A program made the position numbers and the translations under genes. A stretch of 64,000 nt of DNA from an uncultured bacterium (GTDB lineage: Bacteria > Zixibacteria > MSB-5A5 > CAIYYT01). The DNA is taken from the NCBI GenBank assembly GCA_963726455.1, contig CAVSCK010000004.1, positions 320,001 through 384,000 on the forward strand, read 5' to 3'. The notes below the pieces were generated by a model. That model did not search any database and was not told the origin of the DNA. It saw only the letters and a list, made by a program, of their open reading frames with translations. Every line of letters starts with the position of its first letter. The stretch's first letter is position 1. Shown in pieces: positions 52,740 to 62,905 of this stretch.

Positions 52740-55346
52740 ATGACAGATAAACAGACTCCGCTTCTGGAGCAGTATTTCCGCATCAAGAGTGAACATCCGG
52801 ACAAGATACTCTTCTTCCGCATGGGGGATTTCTACGAGATGTTCGGCAAGGACGCCGAGATTGCCGCGCCGATTCTCGGAATTGCCTTGACCTCACGGGC
52901 TCATGGCAAGTCCACCAAAATGCCTCTGGCCGGGGTGCCGTACCATGCCGCCGAGAAGTATCTCTCAATGTTGATCAAGGCGGGGCTCAAAGTCGCGATC
53001 TGCGAACAGGTGGAAGACCCGAAACTCGCCAAAGGGCTGGTCAAACGCGAGATCATAGAAATCATCACCCCCGGTACCGTGACTGTCGAAGGGGCGCTTG
53101 CGCAGGAGCGCGAGAATCTGATTGCCTCGGTTTACGCTGATTCCAAGGTTGGACTGGCGACGGCAGCAATAGAGATTACCACCGGAAGAGTGGTTTTCTA
53201 TCAAGGTGATTTCGATAGCGCCGTCGATAAGATCGAATTGCTCAGTCCGCAGGAAATTCTGGTTCCCGAAAATGGTTACAGTGAACTGTCTCCACGCCTG
53301 GCTCGCATCCCCGCAGAGCTCACGCGCGTGGAGGACTGGAAATATCAACTGGACGATGCAACTCAGCGGATCAAGAGGCACTATCAAGTACACTCTCTTG
53401 AGGCATTTGAGCTGGCACAATTTCCGCTGGCGATCGCGGCGCTCGGAAGTCTCTTGGCGTACATCGAAGAAATCAAATTCGCTGTACCGCTTCATTTGAA
53501 TCCGCCACGACTCGTTGATGATCCCGATCATGTTTACCTCGATGCTGCGACGATTCGCAACCTGGAAATCCTGCAACCGAATACCGGCGACAAACGAGAA
53601 CACTCGCTGCTCGGTCTGCTTGACTTCTGTCTCACCGCCGGAGGTAAACGGCTGCTCACTCGCTGGCTGACCGCACCACTAAGAAATATTGACAGAATTA
53701 ATGAACGGCTGCAATCCGTCGACCACCTCCTGCACAGCGACGATCTCCGCCAGCAACTGCATGAGACATTGAACGGCTTTGCCGATTTGGAGAGACTGTC
53801 CGGCAAACTTGGTTACCGTAAGGCCAATCCACGCGACCTGATACAACTCAAGAATAGTCTATTTCAACTGCCAACACTTGCACGGCTGTTGTCTGAGTCT
53901 GACGCTCCGTTACTGCAGCGCACTGGAACCCAGTTGCCCAATCTCGATGATGTGGCGCGCCAGATTGATACCGCCCTCAAAGATGATCCACCATATCTGA
54001 CCAATGACGGCGGACTGATCAAGGATGGTTTTGACGAGGCGCTCGATCACCTCAAAGCATCAATCAAAGATGCTGTCGGTTATGTCGGCGGGTTACAGGA
54101 AACACTCCGACAACAGACTGGAATTCCGTCTTTGAAGGTGGGCTATAATTCGGTATTCGGCTACTACATTGAGGTCACCAAACCACATCTGGCGCTGGTG
54201 CCGTCTGATTACATTCGTAAACAAACTCTGGTGAATGCCGAACGCTTTGTAACTGCCGAACTCAAGGAAAAGGAAGAGTTGATCCTCGCTGCCGAGGAAA
54301 AGATCAACAAGCTGGAAGAGGACATTTTTGCCCGCGTGCGCGAATACGCCGCCGGTCGCGTCAATGATATCAATCTTGCCGGAAGATTAGCCAGCGAGGT
54401 TGATGTCCTTTTGTCATACACTGTGGCGGCGCGTCGCTATGGTTACGTGAAACCGGAATTGAACTTATCGCCGCGACTCGAGATCACGGAGGGACGCCAT
54501 CCGGTGATCGAGCAGCTTCTTCCACGCGGTGATTTTGTCGGCAACGATACGATGCTGGATATCACTTCTGACCAGGTTCAGTTGCTCACCGGCCCCAATA
54601 TGGCGGGCAAGTCCACTTACTTGCGTCAGGTCGGCCTCATCGTGATTATGGCGCAGGCGGGTTCGTTCGTGCCGGCAGAGAAAGCAGTCCTCGGAATCGT
54701 CGACCGCGTTTTTACCAGAGTCGGCGCCTCCGATCGACTGGCGCTTGGCGAATCGACATTTCTGGTGGAGATGAATGAAACTTCGCGCATTCTCAACAAC
54801 GCCTCTTCGCAAAGTTTGATCTTGCTCGACGAAGTAGGCCGCGGCACATCTACCTATGACGGCCTCGCGATTGCCTGGGCGTTATGCGAGATGCTACATA
54901 ACGATCCACGTCTGCAATCACGAACGATCTTCGCCACGCATTTCCACGAGCTGACGGAACTGGCCGAAATGTTTCCGCGCATTCGCAATTTTCAAGTGCA
55001 GGTCAAGCGGCATCGCGACAGGATCATTTTTTTGCGCAAGGTTGTTCCCGGTGGCTGCGATGACAGTTTTGGTATTGAAGTCGCCAAGCTCGCCGGCATT
55101 CCGGACGGCCTGACGCAGCGAGCCAAGGAAATCCTGAAGGAGTTGGAAGAAGGCAGCTTCGAGCCGCTGAAGGCGCGCGCCAAGAAGCAATTCATTCGCG
55201 CGAATCAGCTCGGCCTCTTTGGCGGGGAACCATCACCGACCGCCGAGCGTATGCGGAATGTTGATGTAGAGCATCTCACGCCGATCGAAGCGCTGAATCT
55301 GTTGGTCGAGTTGAAGGAAATCGCGGACAAAGAAAATGGCCTCTAA
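52740..55346 (+). CDS. mutS: DNA mismatch repair protein MutS
   Basis: 'FFRMGDFYEMF', 'TGPNMAGKSTYLRQ', 'ESTFLVEM', 'LDEVGRGTSTYDG'. Confidence 0.98.
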   Translation: MTDKQTPLLEQYFRIKSEHPDKILFFRMGDFYEMFGKDAEIAAPILGIALTSRAHGKSTKMPLAGVPYHAAEKYLSMLIKAGLKVAICEQVEDPKLAKGLVKREIIEIITPGTVTVEGALAQERENLIASVYADSKVGLATAAIEITTGRVVFYQGDFDSAVDKIELLSPQEILVPENGYSELSPRLARIPAELTRVEDWKYQLDDATQRIKRHYQVHSLEAFELAQFPLAIAALGSLLAYIEEIKFAVPLHLNPPRLVDDPDHVYLDAATIRNLEILQPNTGDKREHSLLGLLDFCLTAGGKRLLTRWLTAPLRNIDRINERLQSVDHLLHSDDLRQQLHETLNGFADLERLSGKLGYRKANPRDLIQLKNSLFQLPTLARLLSESDAPLLQRTGTQLPNLDDVARQIDTALKDDPPYLTNDGGLIKDGFDEALDHLKASIKDAVGYVGGLQETLRQQTGIPSLKVGYNSVFGYYIEVTKPHLALVPSDYIRKQTLVNAERFVTAELKEKEELILAAEEKINKLEEDIFARVREYAAGRVNDINLAGRLASEVDVLLSYTVAARRYGYVKPELNLSPRLEITEGRHPVIEQLLPRGDFVGNDTMLDITSDQVQLLTGPNMAGKSTYLRQVGLIVIMAQAGSFVPAEKAVLGIVDRVFTRVGASDRLALGESTFLVEMNETSRILNNASSQSLILLDEVGRGTSTYDGLAIAWALCEMLHNDPRLQSRTIFATHFHELTELAEMFPRIRNFQVQVKRHRDRIIFLRKVVPGGCDDSFGIEVAKLAGIPDGLTQRAKEILKELEEGSFEPLKARAKKQFIRANQLGLFGGEPSPTAERMRNVDVEHLTPIEALNLLVELKEIADKENGL

Positions 55347-57189
55347 GATTAAACTCCTGCCCAATGTCCTGATCAACAAGATTGCCGCCGGAGAGGTCAT
55401 CGAACGTCCCGCCTCGGTGGTTAAAGAACTGGTCGAGAATTCTCTCGATGCCGGCGCAACTTCGGTCAAAGTCAACATTGTCGATGGCGGCTTGTCGCTT
55501 ATTGACGTCTCGGATAATGGCAGCGGCATGAGCCCCGATGATCTGAAACTCGCCGTCTGCCGTCATGCGACCAGCAAGATCGATAAGCCGGAGGATTTGT
55601 TTAACATTCATTCTTTCGGATTCCGTGGCGAAGCCCTGCCGTCGATAACTTCCGTGTCCCAATGCACAATCAGATCCCGCTTGCGCGGCGCATCGGAGGG
55701 CTACTCGCTTGTCATATCGGGAGGCGAGAATTCTGAAGAGGGAGCGGTTGGCTGCGATTATGGGACATTCATCTCAGTTCGTAACATCTTCTTCAATACC
55801 CCCGCACGTCGCAAATTCCTGCGCTCGCCGTCTTCTGAGATTCGCCGCGTTGTTGAAGTGGTCGAATCGTTGGCAGTGAGCAATCCGCAAACAGAATTCG
55901 CTGTCGACTCGGACGATCAAAGGTTACTGGATCTGTCCGCCGTCCCGGACAAACTCGACCGCGCCAAACAACTCTTCGGAATTTCGATCGCCGGCAAGTT
56001 TGTCGTGGGCGAGCGGGACAGTGACGGTCTGCGGCTGGAGATTTATCTGTCGAAACCGGAAATCTGCCGCCGCAATCGATCTCATGTCATGATTCTCGTA
56101 AACAATCGGCGCATCGAATCCAAAAGTCTGTTTGCTGCACTGATCTCGGCGTACGGCGAGTTTCTCACTCATGGCATGTACCCTCAAGGGGCGGTATTCA
56201 TCACGATCGATCCGGCGCAAGTTGATGTTAATGTTCATCCCGCCAAGTCGGAAGTGCGATTCGCCGACGAGCGTGTCATCTTCCACGCTCTGTATCATCT
56301 GGTGAGGGAGGCGCTTCTTGGCGGCGGTGCAGTACCAGGCGGTTTTGGTGCCAGTCGGTCGCCGGGAAGTGCAATATCACCTCAGGAAACGCATGAGACT
56401 GCCACGCGCCAGTCGGTAAGAGACTTCTTCAGCCACAACACGCCGGCGCCGGCGCGATCCGAGGAGTCCCTGGCTGCGATTTTCAGCACATCGGCTTCCG
56501 AATCCGGCAGGCACGAGCCCTCGCAATTTGATCCTAACGTCACCTCCGTTTCCTTGCCACCGGCCTTCCAGTCGGCGCAGGTGTCAAGTGCCGCGACTTC
56601 CCGGCGTGCGCTTGGCGTCGTGGGAGAGCTAAGGTTCCAACAATTGGCGCTCATGTATATTGTCGCGCTGACGGCCGACAGTGTCTTTATCATTGACCAG
56701 CACGCCGCGCATGAACGGGTTCTTTTTGAAACAGCGATGAAATCCTTTAATGCCGGCGCCATGACGAGCCAGCAGCTCCTGTTTCCGGTGGCCGTGCATC
56801 TTGATCCGGACGACTTCTTTACTTTCAATCGCGAGAAGGAAACTCTGAATTCGTTGGGATTCGTGCTGGAAAGCTTCGGGCCGCGACAAGTACAGATCAA
56901 AGCTGCTCCGGCAGTACTGGCAGGAAAGAATCCGGAAACACTGCTCCGAGAGCTACTTGACGACTTCGCCGAAATCACGGGCGATAGCCAGAAACGCTAC
57001 CAGAAAAAAGCGGCGTCATTCGCGTGCAGGGGCGCATTAATGGCGGGGGACAGGATGGACGAACCGGGCATGCGATCACTCTTTGAGGCGTTGGTTGCCG
57101 CGGAGAATCCCTATGTCTGTCCGCATGGCAGGCCCACGATGATTCGACTTTCCAAGGACGAACTTGATGTCCGCTTCGGCAGAATCTGA
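55336..57189 (+). CDS. mutL: DNA mismatch repair endonuclease MutL
   Basis: 'IAAGEVIERPASVVKELVENSLDAGA', 'GFRGEAL', endonuclease motif 'DQHAAHER', 'CPHGRP'. Confidence 0.98.
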   Translation: MASKIKLLPNVLINKIAAGEVIERPASVVKELVENSLDAGATSVKVNIVDGGLSLIDVSDNGSGMSPDDLKLAVCRHATSKIDKPEDLFNIHSFGFRGEALPSITSVSQCTIRSRLRGASEGYSLVISGGENSEEGAVGCDYGTFISVRNIFFNTPARRKFLRSPSSEIRRVVEVVESLAVSNPQTEFAVDSDDQRLLDLSAVPDKLDRAKQLFGISIAGKFVVGERDSDGLRLEIYLSKPEICRRNRSHVMILVNNRRIESKSLFAALISAYGEFLTHGMYPQGAVFITIDPAQVDVNVHPAKSEVRFADERVIFHALYHLVREALLGGGAVPGGFGASRSPGSAISPQETHETATRQSVRDFFSHNTPAPARSEESLAAIFSTSASESGRHEPSQFDPNVTSVSLPPAFQSAQVSSAATSRRALGVVGELRFQQLALMYIVALTADSVFIIDQHAAHERVLFETAMKSFNAGAMTSQQLLFPVAVHLDPDDFFTFNREKETLNSLGFVLESFGPRQVQIKAAPAVLAGKNPETLLRELLDDFAEITGDSQKRYQKKAASFACRGALMAGDRMDEPGMRSLFEALVAAENPYVCPHGRPTMIRLSKDELDVRFGRI

Positions 57190-58105
57190 AAACCTCGTAA
57201 TCCCAGCTTTGGTTGGAGCTACTGCAGTGGGCAAAACCTCACTGGCGCTGGAGCTTGCCGACGAATTCGATTTGGAGATCGTCTCTTGTGACTCCAGACA
57301 GATCTATAAGTACCTTGACATTGGCACCGCAAAGCCGACCGGCGATGAGTTGCAGGGGCGGCCGTATCACTTGATTGATGTGGTCGAACCGGATCGGCTC
57401 TATTCGGCTGTCGATTTTAGGAATTTAGCCAACGCACTGGTGAAACGTATCACTACCGGCGGGAAAACTCCTTTGATAGTGGGCGGCACGGGGCTCTATC
57501 TTAAAGCACTAGCTTCAGGTTTTTTTACAACTCCAGAGGGTAGTGCGTCTTATAGAGAGGAGCTGTCGCACCTCAGTTCCGATGAGTTGCATGATCGGTT
57601 GCGGCAGGTCGATCCGGAGACTGCCGCGGAAGTTCCTGTTGGAAATAGGGTTAGGATGATACGAGCGCTGGAAATATTTTCCACAACCGGTAAATCGAAG
57701 TCCGAATTGAAACGGACCGGCACGTATCCAACCGACAGTTTTCGGTACCGGGTTTTCTGGCTAACTCTAGATCGTGAAAAACTTTATCAATTTATAAATT
57801 CCAGGGTCGATAAAATGATAGGAGCTGGGTTGATAGCCGAAGTTGAAACACTTGTTAACATGGGATATGGTAATTCAAGTGTTTTGAGAAGTACAGTGGG
57901 CTATCGTGAAGTGCTGGAGTACCTAAGCGGGCATTTGTCGCTTGAGGCATGTGTCAATCTGATCAAGCAGCGGACGCGCAATTACGCCAAGCGACAGATA
58001 ACCTGGTTTAGGAAAATCGAAAATCCGATCTTGATCGATCGAGACGAGGCCGGTTGGAAGGAACTTCTTTTTGAAGAGTTTCGCAAATTAAAACTTGACA
58101 GCTAA
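57167..58105 (+). CDS. miaA: tRNA dimethylallyltransferase
   Basis: 'GATAVGKT', 'DSRQIYKYLDIGTAKP', 'VGGTGLY', 'TRNYAKRQITWF'; follows mutL. Confidence 0.97.
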   Translation: MSASAESENLVIPALVGATAVGKTSLALELADEFDLEIVSCDSRQIYKYLDIGTAKPTGDELQGRPYHLIDVVEPDRLYSAVDFRNLANALVKRITTGGKTPLIVGGTGLYLKALASGFFTTPEGSASYREELSHLSSDELHDRLRQVDPETAAEVPVGNRVRMIRALEIFSTTGKSKSELKRTGTYPTDSFRYRVFWLTLDREKLYQFINSRVDKMIGAGLIAEVETLVNMGYGNSSVLRSTVGYREVLEYLSGHLSLEACVNLIKQRTRNYAKRQITWFRKIENPILIDRDEAGWKELLFEEFRKLKLDS

Positions 58106-58166
58106 ATGCTGTAAGTCATATCTTCCAACAGCTTACAATCGTCTCGGTATCAGGGAGGAAGCTGAG

Positions 58167-60227
58167 TTGACAAGATTGATACTGATTCTGACAGTCGGGG
58201 CATTTCTCCTTTCCGGTTGTTCTTCTGTCGTTCGCGACCGAACCACGCTGGCTGGCCAAACGGCTAACTCGCAAGTGGATGATGAGAACCAATCGGTTAG
58301 CGCCGATTCCCTTCAGGACAGTTTGGACCAGGACGATGTTCAGGCGACCCAGACGATGGAGGAGATTCGTCTGGCCGAAGAGTATTATGCCTATGGCGTA
58401 CAAGCTAATGCGGCTCAACGCTGGCAAGAGGCGCAATACAACTTCGAGAAAGCCCTGTCCATTCTTTCCGAACTCAATATTGACAGAGATGACAACAGCG
58501 CCGTGGGTTACAGCTACGGCAAGCTGATTGACGATATCCGCGCAGAGTATAAGCTTACGCTGCTCTACCTCGCGAGCATACCTGGCGAGGCCTCCAGTCA
58601 GGCCTTTATTGATCGCTTTGCTGAAATCGACGATTTCGGCAAGCTCAAGAACGATAAGGTGGTAACGACTGTTGACACGAGGGAAGAGTACGATATCCCG
58701 GTAGTGGTCAACGATAAGGTAGAAAACTGCATCGTCTATTTCCAAACAATTGCCAGAGATTTTTTCCAGTCGGCGCTGACTCGCAGCGGCCGGTATACGA
58801 AATTGATGATGAAAATCCTGGAGGAGGAACGGGTTCCCAAGGATCTCGTCTACCTGCCTTTGATTGAGTCCGGCTTTAAGACCAACGCCTATTCATGGGC
58901 CAGCGCCGTTGGGCCGTGGCAGTTTATCAGTGCCACCGGCCGGCGTTTCGGTATGGAGCGCGATTGGTGGTTTGATGAACGCCGGGACTACGAAAAATCG
59001 ACCCGCGCGGCTGCCCGCTATCTCAAGTTTCTCTATGAACGATATGGAGATTGGTATCTGGCTTTGGCGGCCTATAACGGCGGCGAAGGCAAAGTTGACC
59101 AGACCATCCGCCGCGATGGCACCACAGATTACTGGCATCTGGACCATCTGAAGCGCGAGACCCGGGATTACGTGCCGATGTTTCTCGCGGCTATGATTAT
59201 CGCCAAGAATCCGGAAAAGTACGGTTTTGTTCCATTCTATGATGACGCCTTGCAATATGACATAGTTACGATCGATAAGCCGCTTGATCTTTATGAAGTT
59301 GCCAGCGCTCTGGGTACGACCTACGATTACCTCAAGACGCTTAACCCGGAACTGCTGCGGAAACTCACGCATCCACACAAAGAGAGTTACACGCTGAGGA
59401 TTCCGTCGAATCAGAAAGAGAAATTCTGGGCTTCTTACGATCAGTTTGCCTCGGCCAAATCTGCGACACTGGTTCATCATACCATTGGCAAGGGCGAGAC
59501 CATGTCGAATATCGCCAAGCAGTATGGAATCAGCACGCAGGCGCTGGCGGATGCCAATAATCTCACCAAGAAACAGAGGTTGACCGAGGGGCGGACGCTG
59601 CTCATTCCAGTGCCGGCGTTGGCACGTGAAGATCGTCCGACGCGGCAACCCAAGCGTCGAAGTTTCGAGGATTCGCATCCGTCGACCGGTGGATCAGACC
59701 TGTATGTGGTTCGCAAGGGCGACATTCTGGCTGATATCGCTGTAGCGCACGGCACGACTGTCAACCAGCTGTTGATGGTTAACGGGCTGGATAAATCGTC
59801 TCGCATTTATCCCGGGCAGGTTCTGAATGTCGGCGTAAAACGTTTTTCCAATAGCCGGCAGCGCAGCAACACCCCACGCGTCACGACCGACACGCACATC
59901 ATGACCTATAAAGTCCGTCAGGGCGATTCGCTGGACAAGCTGGCACAGCGTTACGGAACCACTTCCGCGAATCTAGCGCTTCTGAACGGCTTCGAGAATA
60001 ATCGCCGCCTTCGCGCCGGACAATTGATCAATGTGCCGGCCAAGAGCAGTATCAAGAGCAAAGCGAGCGCGGCAGCCAGTCTTCTCGTGTATGTCGTCAA
60101 GGCAGGCGACACACTGTGGGATATCGCAGGCGCATTCAGGTGCAGCGTGGAAGAGATCATCAAGCTGAATAACTTGACATCGATGAAGCTGAATGTTGGG
60201 GACCGACTTAAAATCGCCAAGAACTAA
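58167..60227 (+). CDS. mltD: Lipoprotein lytic transglycosylase with four LysM domains (MltD-like)
   Basis: SD GGAGGA then TTG 58167, lipobox LLSG-C. SLT motifs 'LIESGF', 'AVGPWQF', 'ALAAYNGG', 'ETRDYVP'. Four 'V..GD.L..IA' LysM repeats. Confidence 0.88.
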   Translation: MTRLILILTVGAFLLSGCSSVVRDRTTLAGQTANSQVDDENQSVSADSLQDSLDQDDVQATQTMEEIRLAEEYYAYGVQANAAQRWQEAQYNFEKALSILSELNIDRDDNSAVGYSYGKLIDDIRAEYKLTLLYLASIPGEASSQAFIDRFAEIDDFGKLKNDKVVTTVDTREEYDIPVVVNDKVENCIVYFQTIARDFFQSALTRSGRYTKLMMKILEEERVPKDLVYLPLIESGFKTNAYSWASAVGPWQFISATGRRFGMERDWWFDERRDYEKSTRAAARYLKFLYERYGDWYLALAAYNGGEGKVDQTIRRDGTTDYWHLDHLKRETRDYVPMFLAAMIIAKNPEKYGFVPFYDDALQYDIVTIDKPLDLYEVASALGTTYDYLKTLNPELLRKLTHPHKESYTLRIPSNQKEKFWASYDQFASAKSATLVHHTIGKGETMSNIAKQYGISTQALADANNLTKKQRLTEGRTLLIPVPALAREDRPTRQPKRRSFEDSHPSTGGSDLYVVRKGDILADIAVAHGTTVNQLLMVNGLDKSSRIYPGQVLNVGVKRFSNSRQRSNTPRVTTDTHIMTYKVRQGDSLDKLAQRYGTTSANLALLNGFENNRRLRAGQLINVPAKSSIKSKASAAASLLVYVVKAGDTLWDIAGAFRCSVEEIIKLNNLTSMKLNVGDRLKIAKN

Positions 60228-60236
60228 GGGATCAAC

Positions 60237-61145
60237 GTGGCCAGGACCAGGGACATTGTCATTGGCGTGATCATCGGCGGGAGCTTCCTGCTCTTTTTCG
60301 GGATCATGGCCATTTCGCTCGTTTTCAGTCGTATGGAAGAATCCGACGGTTTTAGCGGTCTGGGCAGCAAGGTCGCGATAATCAATCTGGAGGGAGCGAT
60401 AGTTTCTTCTACCGACATCATCAGACAGCTGGGCCGGTGGGGGGATGACAGCCACGTGCGAGCAATAGTGTTGCATATCAACTCTCCGGGAGGTGGTGTA
60501 GCGCCGTCGCAGGAAATCTATGATAAAGTGATGAAGGTGCGCGAGGAAACCGGCAAACCGGTGGTCGTGTCGATGTCGTCATTGTGTGCTTCCGGTGGCT
60601 ACTATGTCGCGTGTGCCGCCGACCAGATCGTGGCGGTGCCGGGAACCGTCACCGGTTCGATAGGCGTGATTTTTGAATGGCCGGTTGTCAACCGGCTGAT
60701 GGATAAAGTGGGTGTCCAGTTTGAGACGATCAAATCCGGGAAGGTGAAAGATGTCGGCTCGCCGTTTCGTGAGGCGACTGACAGCGATCGCGCGATGTTG
60801 CAGGCGGTGGTAGATGATACCTACGATCAGTTTGTCAGTGTTGTGTCTGAGCGTCGTGGTCTTTCACTTGATTCCACTCGAGCGCTGGCAACGGGCGCGG
60901 TTTACACCGGCCGTCAGGCGCAGCAGCTTGGTTTGGTCGATTCGCTCGGGACCTTTGATGATGCCGTGGACTTGGCCGGCGAGCTGAGTGGCCTTGGCAA
61001 GAATCCGAGTCGCGTCAAAGAAAATCCGCGTCGCAGATTAACCCTGTTCGACGTGATCAGCAATTTGACGCATCTCGATGTCGCGCAGTTCTTCAATGAC
61101 CAGCGCGATTGGACGTCGCCCGAGCTACAGTACATTTTCAAGTAG
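60237..61145 (+). CDS. sppA: Signal peptide peptidase SppA (36K type, S49)
   Basis: 'INSPGG', 'ASGGYYVA', 'TGSIGV', 'KSGKVKD'. Confidence 0.95.
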   Translation: MARTRDIVIGVIIGGSFLLFFGIMAISLVFSRMEESDGFSGLGSKVAIINLEGAIVSSTDIIRQLGRWGDDSHVRAIVLHINSPGGGVAPSQEIYDKVMKVREETGKPVVVSMSSLCASGGYYVACAADQIVAVPGTVTGSIGVIFEWPVVNRLMDKVGVQFETIKSGKVKDVGSPFREATDSDRAMLQAVVDDTYDQFVSVVSERRGLSLDSTRALATGAVYTGRQAQQLGLVDSLGTFDDAVDLAGELSGLGKNPSRVKENPRRRLTLFDVISNLTHLDVAQFFNDQRDWTSPELQYIFK

Positions 61146-61247
61146 CTTTGGCGATCTGGTACGACTGGGTGAGTACCGATACGGATGTCGAAATGAATTG
61201 GAGCTTATCATAATTCGGTTTTTGAAACTGAGGGAGGGTGACCCCAA

Positions 61248-61535
61248 ATGACAAAGGCAGATCTGGTCGAGAAAGTAGCCGAGCGCACCGGATTGACCCG
61301 CACTGATGTTGCAGTCGTGGTCGATTCGTTTCTCGACACTATCAAGAAATCGATGGAGGAGATGCAGAACATCGAAATCCGCGGTTTCGGCACTTTCAAG
61401 ATCAAACTCAGAAAAGCCCGCAAGGCGCGCAATCCGCGGACGGGCGACGAAGTGCCGGTTCCGGACCGCAAGGTCCCGGTATTCAAGCCGTCAAACGAAT
61501 TTAAGGATCTGATTACGAAACTGCCGTTGCAGTAA
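61248..61535 (+). CDS. HU/IHF-family DNA-binding protein
   Basis: 'MTKADLV', 'IEIRGFGTF', 'ARNPRTG', 'VPVFKPS'. Confidence 0.96.
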   Translation: MTKADLVEKVAERTGLTRTDVAVVVDSFLDTIKKSMEEMQNIEIRGFGTFKIKLRKARKARNPRTGDEVPVPDRKVPVFKPSNEFKDLITKLPLQ

Positions 61536-61733
61536 AGGAGTGAACTGGCGCCAAATCGTTATGGAAGTGCTTCTCAGGACAGCGGAAATCCTGGTCGACG
61601 CCGGTAAAGTGGGTTAGCGGGGACTTTAAGCGATTGCCGGAGAAGAAGCTAAACTTCGATATTTTTGCTTGCGCGGCAGGCGACAAACGCTATATTGGCG
61701 GACTGAAGTCACTAGAACCCTTACGGAGGTTGA

Positions 61734-61826
61734 ATGCCGAGCGGCAAAAAACGTAAGCGTCAGAAGATCAAAACGCACAAGCGGAAAAAGAGAAGAAGAC
61801 GCGATCGCCATAAAAAGAAAATCTAA
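61734..61826 (+). CDS. 30-aa basic protein, ribosomal protein bS22-like (AURKAIP1/COX24 family); not in ORF track
   Basis: MPSGKKRKRQKIKTHKRKKRRRRDRHKKKI*, with SD GGAGG at 61725-61729 and a downstream terminator. Resembles the Bacteroidota bS22 pattern MPSGKKRKRHK..THKRKKR. Confidence 0.85.
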   Translation: MPSGKKRKRQKIKTHKRKKRRRRDRHKKKI

Positions 61827-61828
61827 GT

Positions 61829-61869
61829 CTTAGGGCAGCCGATTTTGGTAGAGCTGCCCTAAGTCTTTT
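61829..61869 (+). terminator. Intrinsic terminator
   Basis: CTTAGGGCAGC ... GCTGCCCTAAG stem followed by TCTTTT. Confidence 0.7.
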
Positions 61870-61976
61870 ATGGTCAAATCTTCCTCAGAAATTCCACATA
61901 TCCCGATCTAATTCGTATTATATTTGTCCGGTATTTTCGATCAACGAATAGCACCAGAGACGGACGAGACATCGAC

Positions 61977-62766
61977 GTGGCGACGAAATCATATATACAT
62001 GGTACCCATCCCTCTGAGCAGGCGCGCCTCGCTCTGCTTAACACGCTCACCAACAAGGACTTCATCAAGTTCCTTGATCTCGCCCCGGGTATGGCAGTAC
62101 TCGAGGTCGGCAGCGGGCTGGGCATTCTGGCGAACGAAGTGGCCTCGCGGCTGAACGGTGGTCGAATGGTTGGGCTGGAGTATTCGTTCGACCAACTGGC
62201 CTCAGCTAGAGGCGAAAATGGGCGACTCCGTTTCGTAAGAGGCGACGGCGCCAATCTCCCGTTCCACGATAATGAGTTCGACCTCGTCTACTGCCGTTAC
62301 GTCATCGAGCATTTGCATGATGTCCCGGCGGTCCTGAAGGAAATCCGGCGTGTGCTAAAACCGGGTGGAAGAATGTACGCGCAGGAAGTCAACATTCTGA
62401 TCAATCAATTCTATCCTGACTGCCCGATGTTCGATCACGTCTGGCAGCAATTCGCGAAATTGCAGTCGGAATTGGGCGGTGATGCGCTTGTCGGGAAGAA
62501 GCTGTATACGCTGTTCAAGGCGGCCGCTTTTCGTGACATCAGCTTGAGCATCCAGCCGGAGATACATCACCCGGAATTGCCCACGTTCAAGCCCTGGATC
62601 GAGAATCTGATCGGCAATGTTTTAAGCGGTGAACAGGAACTTGTCCGACGAGATCTTGCCTCCGACCGAGGAAGTGGCGAAAGCAGTCAGCGAATTGCGG
62701 TCGCTCATGAATAATGAGTCGGCGTCGGCCTATTTCTACTGGAATCGCATCAAGGCCTCCAAGTAG
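61977..62766 (+). CDS. Class I SAM-dependent methyltransferase with a probable +1 frameshift near 62660-62668
   Basis: 'YIHG....EQARL', 'VLEVGSGLG', 'LPFHDNEFDLVYCRYVIEH', 'RVLKPGG'. The +1 frame continues 'EEVAKAVSELRSLMNNESASAYFYWNRIKASK*' to 62766. Confidence 0.8.
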
Positions 62767-62905
62767 GCCAGGCACCACTGAGTGTCAGCGGGCTGAATTC
62801 GTCCCGGCATCCGCATCCACATCCATAATCTTTGCATCGTATCTCAATTGAAGGCCGCAACGCTCCGATGATAGTAATTGGGGGTTATATAGAGGCAATT
62901 TGACA

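Noticed and set aside
57400-58100. AT-richer composition in miaA as a sign of horizontal transfer
   Set aside because: miaA is in its conserved position after mutL; the shift was judged by eye and is compatible with low expression or embedded promoters.
61540-61617. 25-codon ORF (MNWRQIVMEVLLRTAEILVDAGKVG) after the HU/IHF gene
   Set aside because: The SD-like AAGGAG overlaps the GTG with no spacing and is about 20 nt from the internal ATG; no recognisable motif.
62767-62899. Riboswitch or sigma28 promoter upstream of the MgtC/DUF4010 gene
   Set aside because: No match to the fluoride, M-box or yybP cores that I can recognise. TCAA-N16-TCCGATGA is off-spacing, and the (G/A)CATCC x3 microrepeat is too short to interpret.
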